This document shows, piece by piece, positions 1-12,604 of a stretch of DNA of 60,000 bases. This stretch comes from Mobula hypostoma. Lineage: Eukaryota. Under the pieces are notes generated by a model. That model was not told the DNA's origin, did no database searches, and saw only the letters and a list, made by a program, of their open reading frames with translations. The stretch is from NCBI RefSeq assembly GCF_963921235.1, contig NC_086097.1, positions 106,890,001 through 106,950,000 of the forward strand. The letters run 5' to 3'. Position 1 is the stretch's first letter. Each line of letters begins with the position of its first letter. The translations under genes and the position numbers were made by a program.

Positions 1-266
1 CTTACCCAACAGAGGCAAGGACAGGAAGGGACAGATCCAACCGCAGGGTAACAGCAAAGCCAGCCTGACTTACCCCACAGAGGCGAGGACGGGATACTGA
101 CGAGATGAACCAGCAACCACACTCAAACCCAGGGCCACCTATATTCCCAGCCCCAAGACGAGCATCAGGTGCCTATGATTAAGCCCAACTGAAACAAGGG
201 ACAGCCGGAAGACCCGGAGTCCAAAGTCCACGGACCGGACCAGACTTCATGGACCGGACCATGACA
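1..266 (-). mobile_element. Start of a Gypsy-type LTR (partial, runs off the window)
   Basis: Reverse complement begins TGTCATGGTCCGGTCC at 266 with a short internal repeat and a TATA-like AATATAGG. GC-rich block ends sharply against AT-rich flank. Confidence 0.5.
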
Positions 267-1759
267 CAGGATTTCCAAATGATTGGACAAAGGATTATTA
301 GAGTTTTATTGTAATAGAGGCTAGCTTTGGTCTTCACTCTTTTGCATTCTAACTGCCTCCCTCAAACAAATGACTTTATCAAAGACTTTATTTTCACATC
401 CCTAATGTTAACAGAGATATTCCCTTTGTCCTATCCACAGTGCCACCTCACTCCACCCAACCTTCTCTGCAACTGAAAACTGGCTTGTTTTCACACTAGT
501 TTTGATAAAGGGCCTTCAACCTGAAGTTAACTCTTTCCTCTTTCCACCGATGCTGAGAGCTTCCAGCAGTTACTGCTTTTAGTCCTGCCATTAGGTGTTG
601 ATGGTCCATTAGAACATATTGATGGGAGGACTGACAGAGTGAGACAGAAGGGACCAATGCTGGTTATAATGGCAGAATGACAAAGGCTTGGTTTAGTTAC
701 CTTCAATAATGATTTCGAGAAGGAAGGATAAAGAGTGGCATGGAGAGACAAGGATCCAAAGCACCAAATCAATTCTATGTATTGTGTCCACTAAAACTAA
801 GTAGTCTGGTAAGATTGACATCTGATTTTACAGAACTAGATGTTTACATTTAAAGAACAGCAAACAATGCCATTACATTCAACGATGAGGTAGGGTGCCC
901 ATCGTATACCTCTGCCTTCTGTTACACTAGTTCACCAGAATAACTGATCTATATATTATTGCTTAACTCTGAGAAGATGTTAACCAAGGTAAAATTAAGA
1001 AAGAAAGTAATAAGATAATGTTGGAAATATTAAGATAATATTTACTTAACTTTAACAGAAATTTTATTTCTTCCACTTTAGATTTCCTTATGCATACATA
1101 CATACATACATACACAGGAGAAAAATACTTTAAACTTCAAAAGAATCAAAATCCTAAAGTGTCATGAACACTACCCACTGCAAAACTAACCACAGCCTTT
1201 CATGTGTGGGATAATACATTACAGTTCAGGTGCAAATTTTGCTACTTACTCCTATCTATACCTAACCACAATAACAGGAGTTTGAATGAAGTCTGGTATC
1301 CATCCTTGTCTGTCAGGAACAGGCCCATTCATACTGCAGTGGCCAATGGCACATTTCAGATTGCAGCAAGCAACCCAAAGATAGTATGCTGGGGAGGAAG
1401 CTCAGAACACTGTCAAAGTTCCGTTTATTACCAGTCAGAAGCAGATTGCTGCCTTAGCGGCTCGAGCCTTAGGGCCATGATGACAGTGGTACAATTTTGC
1501 CTCAACCATTCAGTGTTCATATGATGTCTCAGCTCACAGGATGCCCATTATTTCTGCAGAGTAAGAATGTATCACCCTTGCTCAGGATGATGCCATTACT
1601 GATATTCTAAAAAGTGTTTTCATCTCCATTTGTTTCATATTTGTTACCTCAGGCTGCTGTACCATGTGTCCACTCCGCAGTCTTAAAAGACAACAGTCAT
1701 CCACCAGTTAGTAAGCAACCAGAGGAGATCGGAGTGTAGAAGGAGCATCAAGCAACCAA

Positions 1760-2055
1760 GCATGGTAGCATAACAGGGCACCAAGGTAGCGTACCAGGGT
1801 GGCATGGTAGCGTACCAGGGTGGCATGATAGCAGAGACATTAGCACAACACTTCATAGAGCCAGGTATAAGATCTGGGTTTGATTCCCAGCACTCTCCGT
1901 AAGTTCATCCCGTGACTTTCCTCCCACATTCCAAAGGTGTACAGTTCGGGTTAGTGAGTAGTGGTCATGGTATATTAGCACCAGAGGCATGACAACAGTT
2001 ACGGGCTGCCTAGCACAATGACGCACTTCGCTGCAAATGACAAATAAAGTTAATA
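1760..2055 (+). mobile_element. tRNA-derived SINE (V-SINE/HE1-like), degraded, with tandemly duplicated head
   Basis: A-box-like GGTGGCATGGTAGC repeated, B-box-like GGGTTTGATTCCC, core TTTCCTCCCACATTCCAAAG, 3' end TGACAAATAAAG shared with the 51262-51745 copy. Confidence 0.55.
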
Positions 2056-2141
2056 TTTTATTTATTTAAAATTCAAGTCTATAGGTATCCCAGGTAAATA
2101 CTCCAATAACTAGAATCATACCTCACTGTGTTTTTTTGAAG

Positions 2142-2697
2142 AATTAAATTGAATTTATTTATATCTTAGATCCATCCCACAACATGAGGGAGTAAAAATC
2201 TTTGCGTTATGACTGCATCGCCATGTACAGACATGTGAATTTATAAGTCTAATGGCTTGTAGAAAGAAGCTGTCCCATAGCCTATTGGTCCTGGCTTTTA
2301 CACTGCGATACCGTTTGCCAGACGGAAGCAGCTGGAACAGTTCGTGGTTGAGTTGAATGGTGTCCCTAATAATCCTCCAGGCCTTCTTTATACACCTGCT
2401 GCTGCAAATGTCCCCAATGGAGGGAAGTTCATGTTCACAGATGCGCTGGGCTGTCCGTACCACTCTCTGCAGTGCCCAGTGATCAAGGTTGGTGCAGTTC
2501 CCATACTAGGTGGTGATAAAGCCAATCAAGATGCTCTCAATGGTGCCCCTGTAGAAGGTCTTGAAGATTTGAGGGCTCATGGTGAACTTCTTCAGTTGCC
2601 TGAGGTGAAAGAGACGCTGTTGTGGTTTCTTTGCCACACTGCCGGTGTGTACTGTCCAGGTGAGATCTTTGGTGATGTGTATACCGAGATAACCACT
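2142..2697 (-). mobile_element. Rex1/Babar-type LINE 3' fragment
   Basis: ORF 2155-2463 encodes ...HELFQLLPSGKRYRSVKARTNRLWDSFFLQAIRLIN, the typical C-terminus of Rex-Babar ORFs. Confidence 0.75.
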
Positions 2698-2898
2698 TAA
2701 GGCTCAGGAATTCACTGTAGGGGGCCAATATCCTATGCACAAACATTTTGAATTGCTTCATCAATGACATTCCTCCAATCATAATGGTTCAAGAGGGTCT
2801 GTTTGTCAAAAACCACACAATGTTCAATTATATTTGAAATTACTTAGCAAATGAAATAGTTTGCAGCTGAATGTTACAAGACCAGTGTGTGGATCATA

Positions 2899-3099
2899 AA
2901 CACCAGGAAATCTGTAGATGCTGGAATTTTAAGCAACACACATAAAAGTTGCTGGTGAACGCAGAAGGCCGGGCAGCATCTCTAGAAAGAGGTACAGTCG
3001 ATGTTCGAACTATCCTGACGAAGGGTCTCGGCCTGAAACGTCGACTGTACCTCTTCCTAGAGATGCTGCCTGGCCTGCTGTGTTCACCAGCAACTTTTA
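2899..3099. mobile_element. Short PLE-derived foldback insertion with hammerhead core (3015-3042, +)
   Basis: About 2940-3005 is the reverse complement of about 3037-3102. CTGACGA-AGGGTCTCGGCCT-GAAACGTC core present. TGTGGATCATA duplicated at 2888-2898 and 3100-3110. Confidence 0.8.
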
Positions 3100-3579
3100 T
3101 GTGGATCATACCTTTTCTTTACTTGGTAAAGAAAAGGTATTTCATTTGATCTTAACCCAGAGGTCAGCCTCGTTGTGATAATGGCAACTTCAACATGAGG
3201 TTGTTGATTGTTTTCTTTTTATCTTGTGGTAGTGTCAGTGTAGGGTACATTAGGATACATGGGATTTACAATACAGATGAGTAGGTTTTGTGCAGGAAGG
3301 AAATCACTATCATGACAGTTGCATGACTTGCAATACATCTTGCTCTCTCACATAGCCAGAGACTGATGGCTCTTGATTTAAGGCTGCAACTAGATGAGTT
3401 GCTTCTTTGTGCGAGCAATGGATCTTCCACAGAGTTTTGACATTCTAGAAGCAAGGCTACAGTGTGAACATAAAAGAAATAATTTTATGCAATGAGATTA
3501 TTGTGTAAGTGGTTAATTTGTTGTGAAACATTTCAGGAGGCAGTCTGTTTTTTTATGTTTTCTTTATTTTCTTGCTCCT

Positions 3580-5333
3580 TAGAAGCAAGTGATCATAATG
3601 TAATTGAATTCACCCTGAAATTTAAGAAGGAGAAGCTGAAGTCAGATGTATCAGTATTACAGTGGAATAAAGGGAGTTACAGAGGCATGAGAGAGGAGCT
3701 GACCAGAATTGAATGGAAAAGAACACTGGCAAGGTTGACAGAAGAGCAGCAAAGGCTAGAATTGCTGGAAGCAATTCGGAAGACACAGGAGATATATATC
3801 CTAAGAGGAAGAAGTATTGTAAAGGAAAGATGACACAACCATGGCTAACTAGAGAAGTGAAACCCAACATCAATAACAAAGAGAGAGCATAAAATAGAGC
3901 AAAAAATAGTGCGAAGTTAGAGGATTGGGAAGCTTTTAAAAACCAACAGATTATTAAGTAGGTAAAGATGGAAAACAATAGTAAGCGAGCCAATAATATT
4001 AAAGAAGATACCAAAAGTTTCTTCATATACATAAAGTGTAAAAGAGAGGTGAGAATGGATATCGTCCACTGGAAAATGGTGATGGAGAGGTAGTAATGGG
4101 GGACCAACAAAATCGCGATTGTACTGAATAAGTATTTTGCATCAGTCTTCACAGACACTAGCAGGATGGTGGAAGTTCCAGGTGTCAGGGGTCATGAAGT
4201 GTGTGAAGTTACCATAACTAGGGAAATTATTCTTGGGAACCTGAAAGGTCTTAATAGATATGTCACCTGGATCAGATGGCGTACACTCCAGAGTTCCAAA
4301 AGAGGGTGCTGAAGAGATTGTGGAGGCATTAGTAATGATCTTTCAAGACTCACTAAATTCTAGAACAGTTCCAGAAGACTAGAAAATTGCAAATTTTACT
4401 CCACTCTTCAAAAAGGGAGAGAGGCAGAAGAAAGAAAACTATAGGCCATTATCAGGGATGAGGTCTCAAGGGTACTTGAAGGCACATGATAAAATAGGCC
4501 GTAATCAGCATGATTTTCTCAAGTGAAAATAATGCCTGATAAATCTGTTGAAATTCTTTCAAGTAGCAGCAAGCAGGATAAACAAAGGAGAATGGGTTGA
4601 TGCTGTGAATTCAGACCTTCAGAAGGCCTTTGACAAGCTGCCACACCTGAAGCTGCATAACAAGCTATGAGCCCATGATATTACAGGAAAGATTCTAACA
4701 TGGATAAAGCAGTGGCTAATTGTCAGGAGGCATAGAGTGGGAATAAAGGAGCCTTTTCTGGCTGGTGCAGTGACTAGTGGTGTTCCACAGGGGTCTGTGT
4801 TGGAATCGAATCTTTTTACCTTATATGTCAATAACTTGGATGATGGAATTGATGGCTTTGTTACAAAGTTTGCAAATAATATGAAGTTAGGTGGAGGGGC
4901 AGGTAGTTTTGATGAAGTAGAGAGGCTACAGAAGGACTTAGACACATTAGGAGAATGAGCAAAGAAATGGCAGATGGAAAACAGTGTCAGGAAGTGTATA
5001 GTCCTGCACTTTGGTAGAAGAAATGAAAGAGTTAACTATTTTTAAATGGAGAGAAAATACAAAAATACTGAGATGCAAAGGGACTTGGGAGTCCTTGTGC
5101 AGGATTCCCTAAAGGTTAATTTTCAAGTTGAGTCTGTGGTGAGGAAGTTAACTGTAATGCTAGCATTTATTTCAAGAATATAAAAGAATATGTAATATTG
5201 AAAATTTATAAAACACTGGCGAGGCTTCATTTGCTGTATTGTGAGCAGTTATGGGCCCCTTATCATAGAAAGGATGTGCTGAAACTGGAGAGGATTCAAA
5301 GGAGGTTCACAAAAATGATTCCAGGATTGAATG
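3580..5333 (+). mobile_element. CR1 LINE ORF2 remnant (end of APE domain plus RT), degraded
   Basis: ASDHNVIEF, DLQKAFDKLPH, VTSGVPQGSVL and KFANNMKLGG motifs with stops and frameshifts. Cut at its 3' side by a PLE. Confidence 0.9.
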
Positions 5334-5855
5334 ACACACATCAAAGTTGCTGGTGAACGCAGCAGGCCAGGCAGCATCTCTAGGAAGAGGTACGGTACAT
5401 TTCGGGCCGAGACCCTTCGTTAGGACTAACTGAAAGAAGAGCTAGTAAGAGATTTGAAAGTGGAAGGGGGAGGGGGAGATCTGAAATGATAGGAGAAGAC
5501 ATGAGGGGGAGGGATGGAGCCAAGAACTGGACAGTTGGTTGGCAAAAGGGATATGAGAGGATCATGGGACAGGAGGCCTAGGGAGAAAGAAAAGGGGGGG
5601 GGAACCCAGAGGATGGGCAAGGGGTATAGTGAGAGGACAGAGGGAGAAAAAGGAGAGAGAGAAAGAATGTGTGTACATAAATAAATAACCGATGGGGTGC
5701 GAGGGGGGAGGTGGGGCATTAGCGGAAGTTAGAGAAGTCAATGTTCATGCCATCAGGTTGGAGGCTACCCAGGCAGAATATAAGGTGTTGTTCCTCCAAC
5801 CTGAGTGTGGCTTCATCTTTACAGTAGAGGAGGCTGTGGACAGACATATCAGAAT
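5334..5855 (-). mobile_element. PLE 3' fragment (GIY-YIG tail, pyrimidine-rich UTR, mutated hammerhead)
   Basis: Reverse complement matches about 58950-59467. Hammerhead core mutated to CTAACGA. Confidence 0.85.
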
Positions 5856-6194
5856 TCCACTAATGCAGTTTCTCTGGAGTATGATATTGAAAAAATGCTC
5901 TGTCTTACAACTAAGTTTAATTATCAATGTCTGCTGATTCAATCTTTCCTTAAATTCCCTTTACCCATCCCCTAACACTTCATTACCCTTTTATTGGAGA
6001 ATATCCCATGACCCAAATTTGCCATTAGTAGAAGTATTCTGAAGATCTATCACCCACTCCAAAAGATCCACTAAAAGGTATTTTTCTGCTTCTTACCCTA
6101 CCCTGAGCTTTCTACCCTACACCATCAGAATCATGTTCCTAGATGGGATTAGGTTTCAAATTATCCAGCATGCCTTTACTCTCAAAAATACAAC

Positions 6195-7590
6195 ATTAGG
6201 AGGGACTCCGATGACAAGCTAATAAACCAAGCCAAAGTCACAAGACTAGGCCAAAAGTAGGCCTCCAACTCAGCCACAGACCAGGCAGTGAGCTCCTTGC
6301 AATTGAGAGACATCATTGGCTGCCCACAAACAAGGGAAAATCTGCAGAGGCTGGAAATCTGAACAACCCACCCAAACTGCTGGAGGAACTAAGCAGGCCA
6401 GGCAGCATCCATGGAAAAAAAGTACAGTGGACGTTTCAGGCCAAAATCCTTCAGCAGGACCATTGGCAATCCATGCCTGTGATGGCAAGGAGTCGGCTCA
6501 GCACATTTCCAACGATGGAGGAGTTCAAGTGCAAGGGATAGGTGTGACATGGTCCAGGGAGAGGCACGGAACTGTGAAGACAAAATGCGGTTATCAAAGG
6601 TGGTGGAGGGGGGCGTTACAGAGCGCCTGGATGAAATGGGATCTTCCCAAGCTCAAGATCACTTGGGCAGAGATTTGGAGACTAGATCCCTTCCTCATTT
6701 CTTTTCTTCTGTCATTTGTGTATGACACTCTCCCTACACCATCACAGCTGCACACATGGGGGCTGAGAGAGGACCTTAACTGCAAGCTTTGTGGTCAGCG
6801 GGGTTCACTGGCACACATACTTTCAGGATGTAAAACAGCTTTGACACAAAGATGATATAGGTGATGCCATGACAAGGTCCTTCTATCCCTTCCTAACACA
6901 CTGGAGTGATAGAGATGTAAAAAAATGACCAGCTGGCAGATAGGCAAATAGCAGCCAATTTCATCAAGGAGAGGGCCACACCAGTCATATCAACGAGGCC
7001 TCAATCTAATCTGCTGCAAACTGCTAAATTATGGGAGATGAGGGTTGGTGTGGGGAGGAAACTGCAGTTTCCAGAGGGGGTTGCAAACCACACTTCGACC
7101 AGACATCGTATTGTGATCCACCGAAGACAAGAAAATAATCCTGGTGGAGCTCACAGTACCATGGGAGGAATGATGATGCAAGGAGGCTCATGAGAGGAAA
7201 GCCCTTAGTCCAGGAGTGCAGGGACAAAGGATGGCAGACGTGGCTATCCCCCTTGGAGATCAGCTATAGAGGGTTCCTGGCAAGGTCAGCATGGAGGTTG
7301 CTGTCTGTGCAAAAACAAAGCAGCTGGCAGGATGGGGGAGGGAGCAGAAAGAGCCTCTTGCTGGATATGGAGCAGGTGAGAGGAGTTGAGCTGGAAGTCA
7401 GGAACAGATAGGCAGTGACTTGGCCACCATATCTTACCCACCAACTGCAGAGTGTAGTGGTTAAGGGTCAAAACACTCTATAAAGATTGGGCGCCACCTA
7501 ACAACATCCACTCCTGGCCAAAGGCTGTGGTTACCTCATCAGGTAACTGTCGAGAGCTCCCTGGTGTATAATGCAAGTGTAAGGAAAAGC
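6195..7590 (+). mobile_element. Hero-like (R2 superfamily) non-LTR retrotransposon 3' part with CCHC knuckle and restriction-like endonuclease
   Basis: VYDTLPTPSQLHTWG, CKLCGQRGSLAHILSGC (CCHC), YR*CHDKVL, TTLRPDIVL...IILVELTVPWEE (PD-(D/E)xK-like). Contains stops. Confidence 0.75.
6321..6460 (-). mobile_element. Older-subfamily PLE tail with hammerhead variant, inserted in the Hero element
   Basis: Reverse complement reads GTCCTGCTGAAGGATTTTGGCCTGAAACGTCCACTGTAC. CATTGGC duplicated at 6314-6320 and 6461-6467. Confidence 0.75.
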
Positions 7591-7634
7591 TGGATCTATG
7601 ACAGAATATTGTCTTAGCACACCAAAGTTTATGT

Positions 7635-8423
7635 TGTGACGACAAACCAAGTTATCAGAAGATTGATACTGATGAGAGAGATAAGGGAGACAATGGAGAA
7701 GCGTTCAAAATGTTAATAAGAGAGGAGAAAGAGATAACGGAAGAGAAACACAATTAAGAGTATTGACAGACCGGTTGCTTTGAACCTGAACTGTTTGAAG
7801 TTTGATGGACAGGCGATACCCCAGCAGGGGGAGAAAAGAAACAGGTTCGCTAAGGCATGACACACCATGAGATCACGAGATAACGAGACCCTGGAAAAGC
7901 AGTGTGCCCCCACAAGTTGGTGGAGTTGGAGGTCTGGTCGCGGGAACCGACCATAGATGCACAGGGTGAAAAGGGTACGATCGGTGGGAACCTGGTATGT
8001 GTGTCTGCCCTTGCCTGGATGCTGGGTTCACCGCGGAAGAACAGTCGTATCCGGAACGGAGGGGTCAGAGTCGGTGATCACAGAAGACATTAAAAGGGTT
8101 CACCCGAAAGCTAACTGCAAAGAACAAAGGTCTGTCTGAATGAGATTTGCATATTATCTCTCTGTCTCCAACGGCACAACAGCGATTACTGCCAACTGTA
8201 CTCAGCTGAGCTGAACTTGAGACTGATCATTTTACCCCTAGACTGTGACAGAGCTTGGTTGATTCCTATTACCCTAGTTCTGTGTACGTGTGTTTTATCA
8301 TTGCTAATCTGTTGCGTTTATATCCTTACGATTAGAGTACTGTGTTATTTATTTCTTTAATAAAACTTTCTTAGTTCCAGTAATTTCTACTGGTTTGGCA
8401 ACCCAGTTACGGGGTACGTAACA
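7635..8423 (+). repeat. 5' LTR of the Gmr1-like element
   Basis: TGTGAC...GTAACA ends, AATAAA near 8359, highly similar to 11634-12400. Confidence 0.92.
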
Positions 8424-8428
8424 TAAGT

Positions 8429-8447
8429 TGGGATCTCGTCCGCGACT
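8429..8447 (+). promoter_or_regulatory. Primer-binding site, degenerate tRNA-Pro-like
   Basis: TGGGATCTCGTCCGCGACT just after the LTR resembles the tRNA-Pro PBS TGGGGGCTCGTCCGGGAT. Confidence 0.6.
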
Positions 8448-8522
8448 TTGAATGCCAAATTTGGGACTGGGTAAATTGATTGGGTTAAAATTCCCGAAAG
8501 AAAGAAAGGGCAAACAGCAGAA

Positions 8523-10120
8523 ATGGAGAGTGAGGAATTTCTAAAGGCGCCAACTTTTTGGAGGCATTAGAGGACGCCAGGAAATCAGAATTGGCAACTG
8601 TGGCCAAACGGTTGAATCTTTTTAAGGGGAAGTCGACAATGAGGAGAGTGGAGATGCACAGAGCTATCGTAGAGCATTATGCATCTAAAGGTGTGTTTCC
8701 CCAAGGGCTGCTGGAGGTGGTATCTATGGGCAAACCTGGTGGAGAAGCAGTACAGCTGCAGATGGAAAAATTGAGACTCGAGCACGAGTTCCTGGTAAAA
8801 CAGCTGGAGTGAGAAGAGAGGGAGAGGCAGTTAGAACACGAAGAGAGAGAGAAGGAAAGGGAGTTTGAGCTGGAGAAGTTAAGGATGACGCTAGCGCAAG
8901 GGCCCATGCCGAACCAAGGTGGAGGGTTCAGGGCGACCCAGGAGGTTAGGCTGGTTCCCCCATTTGAGGAGGCCGATGTTGATCGGTACTTTCTCCATTT
9001 TGAAAAAGTCGCTGCAAGTCAGGACTGGCCGAGGGATAAGTGGGCTGTTTTGCTTCAGAGTGTACTGAAAGGGAAAGCCCAGCAAGCTTACCTGGCCTTG
9101 TTCGCAGAAGATGCCCAGAGGTATGATGTGGTGAAAGAGGTCATACTCAGGATTTATGAGTTGGTCCCGGAGGCATACCGGCAGAAGTTCCGGAATGCGA
9201 GGAAGCAGTGGGGCCGCATGTATTTAGAGTTTGCCAGTGAGATGCAGATGTATTATGAGCGTTGGTGCACCTCGAAAGGGGTCAATGGGGATTATGACAG
9301 ACTGCTACAGCTAATGCTGATTGAGCAGTTTAAAGGTTGTGTCCCTGAAGGTATGAGACCCTACCTAGATGAGAAAGAGGCAGACACCTTAGCCGCAACT
9401 GCTAAGTTAGCAGATGAATACGCGTTAACTCACAAAGCGAAGTTTACCCCGAGTAAAGGCTACCAGAAGGGTAGTCAAGAGGGCAGGGAGAGTCCGCCAG
9501 AAAAGTCAGAAAGTAAGCCGGGGACTAGTGAGAGGGATAAGGTAGACCGGGAGCAGTTTGGTAGGAAGTCTCCTGGGGTCATAGGCTATAATTGTGGGAA
9601 AGCCGGTCACTTTGCGTCCAGGTGCACTGCTCCAAAGAAAGAGACGGGGAAAGGAAAAACGACGGTTCCGACTGGCTGTATTGAGCTGGCAAACAAACCG
9701 CTAGGGGAGAAGAGGTCTGATAAAGTTCAGGAAGGGCACGAGAAGTTTATCTCGGCCGGATTGGTGTCGGTGAAAAAGGGGTTAAACCCGGTTCCAGTAC
9801 GGATCTGGAGAGACACTGGAGCTTGTCAGTCATTGATCTTAAAGAGTGTGTTAGACTTTAGTTCAGAGACCCATACTGGGGAGTTCAGGGTGATAAAAGG
9901 CATTGGGAAAGGGACTGAAGCAGTACCTTTGCACCAGATACACCTAAAAAGCGACTTGGTGTCCGGACCGGTCACGATCGGGGTGAGGTCCGAACTACCG
10001 ATGGAAGACGTGGAGGTCTTCCTCAGTAATGACCTCGCCGGCGGAAATGTGTTCTCAGCAGTAAAACTGACAAGCCAGACTGCCAGCATTGAGGCCCCAC
10101 CCAAGGACTCACAGGTTTAA
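8523..10120 (+). pseudogene. gag: gag-protease: coiled coil, SCAN-like capsid domain, zinc knuckle, aspartic protease
   Basis: ORFs 8558-8812 and 8885-10120. VPEAYRQKFR...LMLIEQFK (SCAN-like), YNCGKAGHFASRC (knuckle, first C changed to Y), IWRDTGA (protease). Confidence 0.85.
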
Positions 10121-10132
10121 CCCGTTTGCGCA

Positions 10133-11458
10133 GTGACTCGGGGCATGTCCAGAAAGGCTGCCGAAGTGAATATAGACTTAGCTGAAACGTTTTTACCAGC
10201 CTTGTACCAGGAGGGGTTAGAAAGTGAGAAAAGGGGGGGTAGTGAAATGGACGTTGAGGTAGGCTTATCATTAGCAAGAAAGAAATTTATACAGGCACAG
10301 GAGCAAGACGAGGAGCTGATGTTCTTGACGGAGACAGCTCGCTCTGAAGCAGAATTAAAAAGGGAGCCAGTGGGCTATTATGTGAAGGAGGGAGTACTAA
10401 GGAGGAAATGGAGACCAAGTACCGTGTCCGCAGATGAGGAATGGGGGGTGATAGTGCTGAAAATTTATGGGGGTGAGATTTTTAACCTGGCCCACAAGAT
10501 ACCCCTCGGTGGACATTTTGGGGTGAGGAAGACAGTCAATAGAATCATGAAAGAGTTTTACTGGCCGCACAGGAGGAAGGATGCTATTGACCATTGTAGA
10601 CGTGAGCTAACACAGTTACAGGCTATTGATATGCTAACAGCTTGCCACGATGAGAGAGCAGACCTAGTCGGTGTTATCACGAAAATTAATGAGGCTGGGG
10701 TGCCACCTGATAAAGGGAAAACCCATTTTGAAAAGGTAAGTATGGTGCTGACCAGATGGGAGAAGTCTATTGTCTTGGCCAGCTTTGTTGATAAGGTCTC
10801 TCCCTTAACCCCCGAACAGAGCGAGCCGCTGAGAAAGCTAATAAACCGGCATGCACACGTATGTCCGGATGTCCCGAGGCGATGCAAGGAGCTGGGACAT
10901 GGTGTTGTTATCACATCAGGTCAGCCTCGTGAGCAACACCCCTATAGGATGATTAATTCAGTGACAAAAGGGCTAAAGAACGCAGAAGCGTATATTGGTG
11001 ATTTAGTAGTCTGGAGTGACACATGGGAGGGGCACATTGTGGCAGTAGAGGAACTGTTTAAAAAGCTGTTTGAAGCCAGCCTGACAGTGAACCTCACAAA
11101 AAGTGAATTTGGCCACGCGAAGGTCACTTATATGGGACATGTGGTAGGACAGGGGCAGCTGGCTCCGATGCAGGCTAAGGTGCGGGCTATCTCTGAAGTC
11201 CCCACCCCGACAGACAAGAGAGCCCTGAGAAGGTTCTTGGAGATGGTGGGGTACTATCGGAAGTTTTGCAAAAACTTTGCGGATATTACCTTCTCTCTTA
11301 CTAAGCTCCTGCAAAAGAATGTGAAGTTTGTGCGGGACGACCTTTGTTATATTTGTCCGGGACGGAAACCACTGAGAGGTTACACTGATCACAACCCATT
11401 AGTGTTTTTGGCCACTATGAAGTTTGCTAAGTTGGAGCCTGGTCTTAGAGGATATTAA
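10133..11458 (+). pseudogene. pol: Deleted pol: integrase zinc-finger piece, then RT and RNase H pieces
   Basis: AHKIPLGGHFGVRKT...FYWP (IN N-terminus) precedes AYIGDLVVWS (mutated YIDD), LRRFLEMVGYYRKF and YTDHNPLVFL. No IN DDE core and no RT N-terminal half seen. Confidence 0.85.
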
Positions 11459-11633
11459 AATAACACATATAAAAGGAATGGAAAGGTGATTGCTGACTAT
11501 CTGTCAAGGTGTTGAAAACTTAAAGATCTCTGTATTAGCCGAATAGCTGGTGACCATGTATATTGGTGTGTATCTAATAATGTATTCATGCCCATGATTT
11601 TTACCCCAGTAAAAATCCTTTGAAGGATAGGGG

Positions 11634-12400
11634 TGTGACGACAAACCAAGTTATCAGAAGACTGATACTGATGAGAGAGATAAGGGAGACAATGGAGAAG
11701 CATTCAAAATGTTACTAAGAGAAGAGAGAGAGAGATAACGGAAGAGAAACACAATTAAGAGTATTGACAGACCGGTTGCTTTGAACCTCAACTGTTTGAA
11801 GTTTGATGGACAGGCGATACCCCAGCAGGGGGAGAAAAGAAACAGGTTCGCTAAGGCACGACACACCACGAGATCACGAGATAACGAGACCCTGGAAAAG
11901 TGGTGTGCCCTCACAAGTTGGTGGGAGTTGGAGGTCTGGTCGCGGGAACCGACCATAGACGCACAGGGTGAAAAGGGTACGATCGGTGGGAACCTGGTGT
12001 GTGTGTCCGCCCTTGCCTGGGTGCCGGGTTCACCGCGGAAGAACGGTCATATCCAGAACGGAGGGGTCACAGTCGGTGACCACAGAAGACATTAAAAGGG
12101 TTCGCCCGAAAGCTAACTGCGAAAAACAAAGGTCTGTCTGAATCAGATTTGCATATTATCTCTCTCTCTCCGACGGCACAACAGCGATTACTGCCAACTG
12201 TACTCAGCTGAGCTGAACTTGAGACTGATCATTTTACCCCTAGACTGCGATAGAGCTTGGTTGATTCCTATTACCCTAGTTCTGTGTACATGTGTTTTAT
12301 CATTGCTAATCTGTTGCGTTTATATCCTTACGATTAGAGTACTGTGTTACTTATTTCTTTAATAAAACTTTCTTAGTTCCAGTAATCCAGACTCCAACTA
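11634..12400 (+). repeat. 3' LTR of the Gmr1-like element, 3' end missing
   Basis: Preceded by PPT GAAGGATAGGGG, starts TGTGACGACAAACC, truncated by a PLE tail at 12401. Confidence 0.9.
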
Positions 12401-12535
12401 AGTCCTGACGAAGGGTCTCGGCCTGAAACGTCGACTGCGCCTCTTCCTATAGATGCTGCTTGGCCTGCTGCATTCACCATCAACTTTGATGTATGTTGCT
12501 TGAATTTCCAGCATCTGCAGAATTCCTGTTGTTTG
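12401..12535 (+). mobile_element. PLE tail with intact hammerhead core (12401-12436)
   Basis: AGTC-CTGACGA-AGGGTCTCGGCCT-GAAACGTC-GACT followed by the family 3' end. Confidence 0.85.
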
Positions 12536-12604
12536 GGTATAAAAAAAGACTCTGTATCTGTGTGCGGGGAGAGAGACTACTGGTACGGACCCCATGTGTG
12601 TACC
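12535..12604 (+). repeat. Remnant of the ERV 5' LTR (TATA/R region)
   Basis: GGGTATAAAAAAAGACTCTGTATCTGTGTGC... matches 19262-19330 of the 3' LTR. Confidence 0.85.

Larger units (their letters stand above)
7635..12400 (+). mobile_element. Gmr1-like Gypsy LTR retrotransposon, internally deleted
   Basis: Paired LTRs, PBS, PPT, gag-PR, and an integrase zinc-finger fragment upstream of RT/RNase H fragments. Confidence 0.9.
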
